64,000 bases of DNA from Vairimorpha necatrix (taxonomy: Eukaryota). The stretch lies in assembly GCA_036630325.1 (NCBI GenBank), contig CP142727.1, positions 124,001-188,000 on the forward strand. The letters are read 5' to 3'. Below are positions 13,301-23,700 of the stretch, piece after piece (position 1 is the stretch's first letter; every line of letters starts with the position of its first letter). Both the position numbers and the translations under genes were made by a program. Below the pieces are notes generated by a model. It did no database searches. It had not been told where the DNA came from and saw nothing but the letters and a program-made list of their open reading frames with translations.

Positions 13301-13475
13301 ATGCCCTGGGGACTCGTATGTTGTGAAGCTATCTAATGGGCGATATGTTAAAAAGAGACATTATGACTTGAAAAATCTGCTTGGGGTTAATGGTGATGTA
13401 GGAGACTAACCGTCTTGGAGGGGGGATGTTATATATTCTTATATTTTTGATCCCCAATTAAGATAAATAAATACA
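10331..13475 (+). mobile_element. Ty3/gypsy LTR retrotransposon 1 (3145 bp, 49-bp LTRs), coding region disrupted
   Basis: LTRs 10331-10379 and 13427-13475 (TG...CA, 2 mismatches). TSD TGAGA on both sides. PBS TGGGGGCGATACC at 10380; PPT GGAGGGGGGA at 13417-13426. CCHC knuckle, RT YMDD, RNase H TDAS and integrase TDNGKEF. Confidence 0.95.
10364..13409 (+). pseudogene. gag-RT-RNaseH-integrase polyprotein of element 1, broken by stops and frameshifts
   Basis: Four ORF pieces (10364, 10973, 12538, 12900) are colinear with the intact 1037-aa ORF of element 2. TAA at 10967 aligns with Glu in element 2 (TL*D vs TLED). Confidence 0.9.
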
Positions 13476-13944
13476 TGAGATATTTATTAAATTCAAGGAA
13501 TATTATCTTAAAAATACATATACGCAAATAAAATAATTAATTATCAATGAACGCTACAAATATGCTGCAATTTTATTGTTACTACAAATCATCATATATG
13601 TGTTATTTCATTTAACGTAATACATGGTAGAAAATAAAGGAATTTCACAAATTTTTGTTACCTATGATATTTAATGCAAATAAAAAACATATTTTAATTT
13701 TTAAATAAAGCTAAAATATAATTAGAAACAAAGAAGATAAATTTTTAAACTGTATTTTTTTCCTTGCAATCAAATGTTGCTGTTTAATGTATCATTAATT
13801 TACAATTTAAAATTATACTTTGTTCCATGCAATTAAATTTCTTATACATAAACAGTATTTTTTGTTAAGTATATTTATTTTAATATAAAACCATCAAAAA
13901 CATTTTCTTAGGATATAAAAGATACTTTATCAATATCCCTAATT

Positions 13945-14877
13945 ATGTTTGTTATTTTATTGATTATAGATTACGGCCTAGGAAATGATAATCCAGACTT
14001 CACTTCAATAAAAAGATTTTTTTACGAGCCAAAGCGACTTCTGATTAAATGTAAATCGAAAAATAACGATTATGATAAACAAAAACTTTATTCTTTTAAC
14101 AAAAGACATTGTGCTTGTAAGCATACGTCAACACTTACAGATGCTTCTTTAAATAAAAAAATACAGTCAGTAAATATGCAAAATATTTCAAAATTTATGG
14201 ATGAAATGAAAAAATACAATCTAAAAAATAGTGATATCCTTGGAAATATTGATTATTATAATCGTCGTATTAAATGTTTTGACAGCCTTTTGCGTCAATG
14301 GGAAAATGAAAATTTTAATATAGCCATGACGCCCGAAAAAGTTGTATTCTCTAATACAAATAATCATAAAAAATTTATGTCTGATAAAATAATACATAAT
14401 CGATGGATGAGAAACTACAATGATTTATTAAAAGTATATTTGCCGCTGATTAAAAACGGGATAAAAAATTCATCTATATCTCAGATCAGTAAAAAAACAA
14501 TAACTAAAAAAATTGACTCTATTATGAGAGCAATGTCGTATTTTGAAAACTTAGAACCAAAAAATTTAAGGTTCGACTGCTATAGTAATGTTGTAATTTT
14601 TCGATATAATTTGATAAGTTATAGGTTTCCTTACTTATTTGACTATTTTGATTTGTCTGGGAGATTTGTAAATTTATATGAAATGATAATTATACATGAC
14701 ATTGATAAAGAATTTAATAGTATCAACATGATAAACATACTAAGTGGTATATCGAAAAAAATCGAAAAATTAATCAAAACTCGTGATGAATATATAAATT
14801 CCATAAGAGAAATGCTAAAATACTTGGAAAATTTAAAAAATATGAAACAAGTTTCGCTCGAATATTTCGAAAAATAA
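13945..14877 (+). CDS. Family A protein (310 aa)
   Basis: CCCTAATT before the ATG. Motifs NIDYYNRRIKCFDSLLRQWE, IMRAMSYFE and YRFPYLFDYFDL. Confidence 0.8.
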   Translation: MFVILLIIDYGLGNDNPDFTSIKRFFYEPKRLLIKCKSKNNDYDKQKLYSFNKRHCACKHTSTLTDASLNKKIQSVNMQNISKFMDEMKKYNLKNSDILGNIDYYNRRIKCFDSLLRQWENENFNIAMTPEKVVFSNTNNHKKFMSDKIIHNRWMRNYNDLLKVYLPLIKNGIKNSSISQISKKTITKKIDSIMRAMSYFENLEPKNLRFDCYSNVVIFRYNLISYRFPYLFDYFDLSGRFVNLYEMIIIHDIDKEFNSINMINILSGISKKIEKLIKTRDEYINSIREMLKYLENLKNMKQVSLEYFEK

Positions 14878-15229
14878 AACATTTTAAAGTAATTAGTTAT
14901 TTTTTTACTTTAATCTAGATTATGCAAATAAAATTTAATTTGGCTGTCTTTCTTCAATTTTTCTGTTTCCTCTTCATTTTTCGAAAAATAATTAAAATAC
15001 TTTTATTATTTGCAAGAAAAATTGAATAGAGATATTTTTCGATTAGGTTAGAAATCCAACATGATGAATTTGGGGACCATTAATTACATTTCGGTGTATT
15101 CATTCTTTGCTTAGTAAAAAAAATATGGTTCGACGAAACATTTTATATCGTAATTCTTACAATAGGTTTCGACTTGGCTACGATTCTTTCTTAAAATTTT
15201 ATATGTTGTTAGTGCTCATATAGAATCTC

Positions 15230-16212
15230 GGCTAAAGTCCACTTTAGTTGACAAAAATGCATATAGGGTTTTTTTGTATTTCTTACCCCTTTTCTTTAAA
15301 GATAGAGGAAAGAATCTTAACAAAAGAAGAAGTGGAAATCAGATATAATGAAAAGTAATGGAATTAAAAAGGCAGCGTTGTTATATATGTTTTGGTAGAA
15401 TGATAAAAGTGTGTAAAGATGGTAGTAATTTAAAATGTGTGTGGAAAGATTATAAAAATACAATTTTAATTCGGCATGAAACGTTCATTCATAATTGTAA
15501 ACTCGAAAATATAACATGTTTACAGATATTAACACATGAAGTTTTGGTTATTCTCGTTAGCATATTTGTCAAATTTTGAGTTGTACGAAGAAATTTAAAG
15601 AAATACGCATTTACGTTAAGTATTTATTCCTCTAAATAGGATAGGCGGTTAAGGTATAAAAGTAGAAATTGACGAAACAAAGAATGAAATAAATAAATAT
15701 CACAGAGATAAATTGGTGAAAGGCTTCTGGTGTTTTGGTATGGCCGAACGTACCATAGAACGTATAATAATAATCTTACATATTGAAAAAAATGATAAGG
15801 TTACACTTACTTATCTTTTATTGAAATATGTAAGATAAAATAGCATAATATATAGCATATGTGGAGAGCCTACCATTCTTTAGGTACTTTATATAACCAA
15901 CACCATATGGTTAACATTCATTACATTATACAGATTAAAATACAAGAGTTCATAATAACCTCATAGAAGTCGATTGGCGTATTCTAAAAAATTATATACC
16001 TAATAAAAACAGATCAGTAAATAGTGCAAACTTTATTTACCTAAGTATATGTTCCAAAGTAATTCCTCGGCTTCAGTTTTTTACGAATTTTTAAAATTAT
16101 TATTCTAATTGTAATTGTCGGTCCACTCATAACATTTTGGTTCCTCCACCTTTAAAGAAAGGGGGCAAAACCCCCCTATATGCATTTTTGTAAGCTAAAG
16201 TGGATTTTAGCC
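15230..16212 (+). mobile_element. Degenerate Merlin (IS1016/IS1595-like) DNA transposon
   Basis: ~39-bp TIRs (GGCTAAAGTCCACTTTAG.. / ..CTAAAGTGGATTTTAGCC). Relic transposase motifs IGG*GIKVEIDETK, KYHR and FWCFGMAER. No exact TSD. Confidence 0.75.
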
Positions 16213-16394
16213 AAAACTTCTTAAATTAAAAAATTATAATTATATTAAGATAAAGCAAAGAAAACATTTTCTTTATTGAGAACATTTTAATGACATTTTT
16301 AATTATTTTTTGCTATACTTTGACGTTAGCCGAAATATGAGGTTAAAGAGTATTCTTTATATAATTGCCCATCTTCATAAAATCAGAGATGTAT

Positions 16395-18195
16395 TGTCAC
16401 AGTTAGTTGGTGGAACCAGTTAGTAGAGGGAACCCTAAAAAAATTTATTAAAAAAGACCCCCGTGGGAATCGAACTTGGGACTTCTCGAAGGAATACAAT
16501 CACAATGAACGACTTTTTTGAGACGGTTCTAAATTTGTCCTAATTATATTATGGGGTATATTTCGAGTAATTTTATATAAATTTGGAGGGAAAAGAAATA
16601 AAAAAATAAAATAAACAACTTTTTAAAAAATTTATTCGTTATCAAGCAATCTTAGATCTCTAGTGTAAATTTCTTCTATAATAACCAATGGATCAGCTTC
16701 TTTAGATAACTTTACTTTATTAAATTGAAGTATATCCATTACAATATATACATCGACATCCAAATGTTCGTATAGAGGAAGCCTTCTAGTACTTTGATTA
16801 TTGTCTAAATATGGTCTTATAAGAACCCTATCTCCCAATTTATATTCGTAAAAGTCATTTCTCCACATACTTTTTTCAATCATTCTATTAGCAGCATTTT
16901 GAGTATTAAACCGTGCAGATTCGTGGTAAATTTCATTTAAAAAAAGATTTTCATTGTTTAAAGCATATAGTTTTTCGTAATTTACGACGTTATTTTCTTC
17001 AAAAACAAATTCTTCTCTTCGTTCTTCTTCCTCATTTTCAACTTCGTTGTTATTTGCAACCGAATCTATTATATCAGTGATTCTAGATTCTTGCATTATG
17101 TCTTTAATGGGCTTACCAAACATTAAACTGAATGGAGTTTGTTTAGTTGTTGAATGCCTTAAGTTGTTATATGCCCAGGTAACTTCTTGGCGTACTATGG
17201 ACCATTGCCCTAAGATATTCTTCGACCCCAGAGTAGATGCAATCATCCATTTTATTGTTTGATTGCATCGTTCTATCTGTCCTTGTATCCAAGGACATCT
17301 AGCTCTTCCTCTTACATGTCTTATTTCATACTTTACACATAAATTCACGATATATTGATTAACAAATTCTCTACCGTTGTCGGTATGAAGTATAAAACAA
17401 GATCCAAACGTATTGAATAGTGTTTCAAAGGCATCACGCACACTAATGCCAGTTTTGTCACGCAATGGAACCGTCCAACAGAACTTGGTAAATGAATCCA
17501 CTACGTTAAGTAACCATTTATACCCATCATTGAGTTCGTGATACAATCGAAGATCAATCAAATCAGCAATATACCTTTCTCTAGGATATTTTGAAATGAT
17601 TGGTCTAATAACTGGTCTAGTTATTAGGTTTCTTCTTGCTTGACAAATATCACAACTTTTCAAAACTCTCAGTACTTCGTTTTGAGTAACGTCGTATACT
17701 TTTGATTGTAACAATGGATACAATCTGTCACGCCCAGGATGTCCATTAGAAACATGAATCAGTTTGATGAAATCCAGTTTGAAACGCTGCTCATTGGTTG
17801 TAAAGAATTTCAATGATCTATATTGATCTACTTTAAACCTCACAGTTAGTTCAAAACTTCCATTGTTGTTTTCTTCAAACAACATGAAACGTTCAGCTTT
17901 TCTTTTAAAATTTTTACGATCAACTTTGTCCAACAACGTTGGTGGCAGCTGACCATATAATAAAAAATTATAAACTTCTTGTCTTTTATCATTGTCCATT
18001 TTTATTCTCATAACCCCACAAAACAAAAAATTATTTACTAAAAATTGAAGGATAATGTTACTGTATTTTCTTAATAATATTTTTTTTTCCTTTTTTAGTA
18101 AATTTTGTTTTCTTCGAGAGGTCCTGGGTTCGATCCCCACAGAGCTCTTTTTTAGGGTTCCCTCTACTAACTGGTTCCCTCTACTAACTGCGACA
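16395..18195 (-). mobile_element. Ginger-like (Ginger2/TDD-type) integrase DNA transposon, apparently intact
   Basis: TGT...ACA termini. ~48-bp TIR cores contain a 17-bp tandem repeat (CAGTTAGTAGAGGGAAC). 5-bp TSD TGTAT at 16390-16394 and 18196-18200. Single integrase ORF with no RT. Confidence 0.88.
16632..18011 (-). CDS. Retroviral-type (rve) DDE integrase/transposase (~459 aa)
   Basis: HHCC motif (HVSNGH...CDIC), ADLID, HTDNGREF and QGQIERCNQT. Likely start is the ATG at 18011 (after GGGGTT) or the next ATG; the track start lies in the terminal repeat. Confidence 0.88.
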   Translation of the reverse strand: MRIKMDNDKRQEVYNFLLYGQLPPTLLDKVDRKNFKRKAERFMLFEENNNGSFELTVRFKVDQYRSLKFFTTNEQRFKLDFIKLIHVSNGHPGRDRLYPLLQSKVYDVTQNEVLRVLKSCDICQARRNLITRPVIRPIISKYPRERYIADLIDLRLYHELNDGYKWLLNVVDSFTKFCWTVPLRDKTGISVRDAFETLFNTFGSCFILHTDNGREFVNQYIVNLCVKYEIRHVRGRARCPWIQGQIERCNQTIKWMIASTLGSKNILGQWSIVRQEVTWAYNNLRHSTTKQTPFSLMFGKPIKDIMQESRITDIIDSVANNNEVENEEEERREEFVFEENNVVNYEKLYALNNENLFLNEIYHESARFNTQNAANRMIEKSMWRNDFYEYKLGDRVLIRPYLDNNQSTRRLPLYEHLDVDVYIVMDILQFNKVKLSKEADPLVIIEEIYTRDLRLLDNE

Positions 18196-19473
18196 TGTAT
18201 TTATATTTATTTCTGAAACAGCATTTCAAAATTATCATGTTTCAGATGTCAAGAAGACAATCTGATTCGTCCGGACTATCCGCCGTCCATACTATACAAA
18301 CAATTTAGGGCAATTAAATTCAAATTCTTCGTAAAGCATTTACATTCATAATTTAATATAAAAATCAATAAATCAAATTTCTTTGCGGTATCTTTAATTA
18401 ATATTGTGAAAAAGTATAAAGCAATATAGAATTGAATGAATTTGTAATCCCTTTGAACTTCATGTATATGCCGTGAGAGGTTTGGGCAAATTAATATAGG
18501 ATTTAAAGAAAACTGTTCCTACCGTGTAATTAATTTTCGTTTGAACAGACGAGTGTTTCTTGTATTTGTACATTTTTTGTATCTAAATTGAACATAGGAT
18601 GTATTTTAGATTGATGCTGCTTAATATTTTAATTTTAATCTATATTATGCCTCTTAAATTCTATACTGGGTGTAAAGGATATTCTGACGTATTTATCTCA
18701 TTTCAAGATGAAAAGATTAAATAAATTTGACGTCGTGTTCGTCACATAATCACGTGTATAACACGAAGTCCCTTTACACAAAATCAGCTAATAAAAAGAT
18801 AAACATTTATCAATTATCTCATAAATGCTTTGAATTTTACTTATTTTTAATACATCAAGAGAGCCTCGTATAATTTATGCATGGTTACTACCTAAAAATA
18901 ATGTTGTTACCTAAATTTACCAGTTTGCGTGTGTAAGTTGTACTAAATCTTATTATGAGTATAAAATACTAAAGGTCGTTTAATAGAAACAAAAAAGTAT
19001 ATTACAATGTTTTAAATTTTGTATTTGTTTTCTAAATATTGAAATATTATTACTAAAGTTTATTTAGAACAATATCTTCTAATTAATGTCGTTATTTTGA
19101 AGCATATTAAAATTTTGTATGCTTCATCCTTAGAGGTTTCTTATACATGTTAATATATTCATTTATTAAATCAGATTGTGTTTTTGTCCAGAATTTATTG
19201 TCGATATCTATAAAAAGAGCTTTATAAGTTTACATTTTTTATAAAAAGAACTTAATTATCTATGAATCGTGTTGTCATGTATATACGATTGAGTTTTAGC
19301 ATATGTTATGAATTAGTAAACTCTTCTTTTTAACATTATTTTTTAAAGTTTATTCTTGTAGAATATAATATGATTAAAGGCTTTTATTAGATCGGTCAAT
19401 AAATTTTAACAATATTGTTTTAATCCAATGCCAAATTATAACAAACAAGATGGTAATTTTTATCTCCCCTTTA

Positions 19474-20340
19474 ATGTTGCGATATATTTTAGCTGTAGTT
19501 TGTTCGAATATTAGTAAAAGGAATTACTTGAGATCATGAATTAAGCCTAAAAATTTATTTAAAGAAAATGAACTTTTCATCATTGAAAAATCACAAAAAA
19601 ATAAAGTAATAAATTAAAACAGAGAAAACATGCAGGCAAAAAATCTTGGCTTTAATCAAAAAAGACCAAATCTACCGATACGTGTTCCAAAAATATAAAA
19701 AGTTGAATCATATGAATCAGGAGTTTTGTTGACTTTATGAAAACACAATATCTTAATCACCATAATGCTCATACAGTCGAAAGGTCAAACGCGGTTGATG
19801 ATTTTTTAATTCTATGATAGTGAAGAAGTAGTAATATAAGAAACTTCTAAATTATACAGATTTTTAATTAGAGACAAATATATCAAATATAAAGCTTATT
19901 GTGCAAGGAATAGTGACTTGATAAAAATTTTTTGTGAAATTACAAATGTACTATTACCAGAGATTAAAAACGAGATAGAAAAGTCAAAGCTGAAGATTCC
20001 TTTAATGAATTAATAATAAATATTCTAACCTTAATTTTTTGAGCTATGAATTATTATGAAACGTTGTTTCCAAGGAAGTTAAATTAAAGATAGCATTGCA
20101 ATTATTAAAAGCCCTTATATAAGTTGATAATTGAGAGATTGCCTGTTCTTTTCAACTATTTTTATATAAATAAACGCTTTATAGATTTTTATGAAACAAT
20201 TTTATAATTGTACAGAACAAAATCGGAAGATGCAGATTTTATGAAACTTATATTTTAAAATTGTCCATAAAATTCACAAATTTCTAAACGTACATAAAGA
20301 TTTTTTAAATAACGTACAAGAAATTATAGTAATGATATAA
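19474..20340 (+). pseudogene. Family A pseudogene
   Basis: CCCCTTTA-ATG MLRYILAVV, then an early TGA. Relic motifs LLPEIKNEIEKS, AMNYYE and RLPVLFNYF with several stops and frameshifts. End approximate. Confidence 0.7.
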
Positions 20341-20393
20341 AATTTAAAGCATCTCATTAAATTCTTTTTGCAAACAGATTTAGCAAAAAATTG

Positions 20394-20767
20394 TTGGGGT
20401 TTCCATGTTATAAGATCCACCCATAGAAAAGACCATGGATCTTATCTATGGGTGAATCTTTTATTGATATAAGGTATTTAAAATTTCTTTTTAAATTTTT
20501 GAAACTTTACCCCCCCCCCACCCATGAAAAAAAATCTTACACGCTAAAAGAAAAATTAGAAGGATTAGAAAAATTGCGTGAAAACAATGGCAACATAAGT
20601 ATGACTACTTTCAAGTTGAAGATTACTGGGAAAATTAAAGGGTTTCTTTATATTTAATTTTCTACATTTGGTTATGAGGTGGATCTCTTCTACTATTGTA
20701 AATTCCCATTTACAAAGTCGTATAATTCGCTTTTTGGGAGGTGGATCTTATAACCCGGAAATCCCGG
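20394..20767 (+). mobile_element. Internally deleted pogo/Tc1-mariner-like element
   Basis: Imperfect TIRs with core TTTCC..GTTATAAGATCCACC; the right end is followed by TA. Internal CCC-ATG fragment KSYTLKEKLEGLEKLRENNGNIS resembles the N-terminal HTH/Brinker-type DNA-binding domain of pogo transposases. Confidence 0.55.
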
Positions 20768-20777
20768 TAGTATTTTT

Positions 20778-23700
20778 TGTCTTTATTTATCATAATGGGG
20801 GATAGAAATTATACAAATATATCACATCCCCCCCTCAAGACGGTTAGTCTCATCTAATTTTCACATCTACCCCAAGCATACCCTTCAGATCATAATGTCT
20901 ATTCTTCACAAGCCTACCATTACTAAGTTTTACAATATAAGAATCTTTTCCACACTTTTCAACAATTTTTCCTGTATCCAAAAATCTTCCTTTTTCATAC
21001 TTATTAACACCTGCCAAATTTTCTCGTTTAGCTATTCTTACCAATTGACATTTACTAAATTTTTCGATCTTTCCCTTTCCAAACCTATTACAATATTTCC
21101 CTATAGGGCTATTTTCAAGCATTACGTCTCCAGTTTTATCTTTAGTCGCTTCTAATGGTGTACATTTTATTCCCGTATGATAGCTCTGATTATATATATC
21201 GATACTTTTATACACTTTACCTTCAAAAGTATTCGCATCCGACTTTAAAATACTTTCTCTCAAAGTTCCTATAACACGCTCTACTCTTCCGTTACTTCTA
21301 TGCGCTTCTATACTTACTTGTCGGTGTATTATATCGAGATCTCTACAAAATTTTCTAAATTCCACGTTAATAAACTCTTTCCCGTTATCTGTAATAATTT
21401 CTTCTGGTTTCTTCCCTTGCTCACATAATTTTTTCAAAAATCCAACAACATTATTACTTGACTTGTTATTTATAACTACTCCCCATACTCTACGTGTAAA
21501 ATAATCGATAGCAACTAAAACATATTTCTTCTCATTTCTAAAGTCTATCAAATCTAATGCAACCTTCTCTAAGTATCTCGACGTATCTACAAATTCACAA
21601 CCACCCATATTTTTCCTGTTATATATCTGACATTTCTGACACTGTTTTATAACCTCGTTTATTTCTTTCTTTACTCCTGGCCAATAGTATTCTTCTCTCA
21701 TTGCATAATAAACACTTGTCATGCATCTGTGGCCTACTTTTTCATGATATTCTTGGATTAATTGTCTCCTTATATTCTCAGGTGGTATTTCAACTTTACG
21801 TCCTGAGTCAAATTGCCAATATTGCTTTCCATTCTCGGAAGAAACATGTGCTTTCCATTTACCTTCTGTTTGCTTGATTGTTCGCTCTTTATTTTTCATT
21901 TCTTTAATATCCTCTTCCATATTTATTCGACTCAACGCATCTGCTACCATTATCTCATCATGTTTTTTATATTCCACGATAAAATCATATTCCTGTATCT
22001 TCTCGATTAAGCGATTTATTCTGTTATTATTAAAAAACGGTTTATTTCTTATCTCCACCAGTGCTTTGTGATCCGTTTCTATTTTGAATTTCCTACCTCT
22101 TAACTCGTATTTAAATTTATCAATGCCCCAATATATCGCAAGCATTTCCTTTTCTGATATTCCATATCTTATTTCGGTAGGTGTTAGCTTTTTAGATGCC
22201 CATTGTATAGCAACCCATTCCCCATTCTCATTCTTCTGAAGTAACACCGCACCCAATCTCAAATTGCTAGCGTCTGTTCTTAGTATGAACTCCTTATTAT
22301 AGTCCGGTAATCTTAGTCTTCCCATATTTCTTAACACATTTTTCATTTTAGTAAATTCCTCTTTCATCTCTTCCGTAAATTTCCACGAATTGCCATTTTT
22401 CTTCAAACTATCTGTCATTTTCAACGTCAGCCCGGCATAATCTTTTATAAATGGTCTGAACCATCCAGTCAATCCTAGAAACCTCCTCAATTCCGTCAAA
22501 GTTTTTGGATCCGGATACTCCAAGGCTTCATTTTTCTTTATTTCGTCGGCCGTCATGTCTATTCCATTCAGCGTCACACCTAATAATTTTACTTCCGCTT
22601 GTCTAAACTGTATTTTCCCAATATTTAATTTCATTTTATTTCTCTTAATTCTTTCTATAACCTCTATTACTAATTCATCGTGTTTACGTTTATTGTTGGC
22701 ATGTATTACTATATCGTCCATGTATACCTCAACACCATTTCCTCGCAAATCTTCAAAAATCATATTCATTGTTCTCTGTAGTATCTGTGGGGAATTTTTG
22801 TATCCCATCACCATACTATTCCATTCGTAAACTTTTTTATTAAATTCAAACGCCGTCTTATGTTTATCTTTTTCTTCGATTTCAAAATGGTAAAATGCTT
22901 CTTTGCAATCAACAACAGTAAATATTATCGACCCTTGCGTAGCTCTTATTATTTCTCTCATATTAGTTAGCTCATACGGGTCTTTCTCGACTAAATCATT
23001 CAACCCTATAAAATTACTAACTACTCTTACTTCACCATTTGGTTTAAGTATCGCTCTTATTGGGTTTCGCCATTCCGAAGACGATCTTCTTATAATTTTT
23101 CTATTTTCTAAATCATTAATATATTCCTCAGTCTGTTTGATCAAAGCCTGTGGGATCGTCTGTCCCTTTCTGACTATCTTCTTACCCTCTGGAGTATCTA
23201 TCTTACACTTCTCTAATGTACAAAAACTTATAACCTCATCTCCTTGTTTAAAAACTTCTTCATATTCTGCTTTGAGATCTTCCAACGTAAATGCCCTCTT
23301 CAGTAATCTTCTTTTCGTCTCTTTATTGCTCGCATATATTCTTTCTTTATGTCTTCTATCACTATAATTACATTCCTTTAACTTAACTCGTTTTGTCTTT
23401 CCACTTGGTTTATATTCTTTATTATCATTACTGCTACTACAACTTTGGTTTTCGTCTAAATTTAAGTACTTATTAAACTTTTTATTATTTTCCTGATTAT
23501 TGTTCCTTCCTACATAGCAGTTCCTAGCCATATGGCCAAATTTACCACAATTAAAACAATTCCTATTATTTCTTATTTCTTGTACTGTATTCCTTAAAAC
23601 TAAATCTTTCTCTTGAATTTCTTTTCTCACAGTTTCTCTAACATTCTCAGCTATGACCTCCATAAGTTCTCTCCTTTTTTCTTCTTCTTTTTTAGTCCTT

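Noticed and set aside
18100-18155. Complete tRNA gene
   Set aside because: Only the variable loop and T-arm are recognisable. There is no D-arm, anticodon arm or acceptor pairing, so it is treated as part of the transposon end.
20895-23367. Plus-strand ORFs antisense to the gypsy polyprotein (also those antisense to SEC31, RPS15, family A/B genes and element 1)
   Set aside because: Shadow ORFs of real coding frames, with no recognisable domains.
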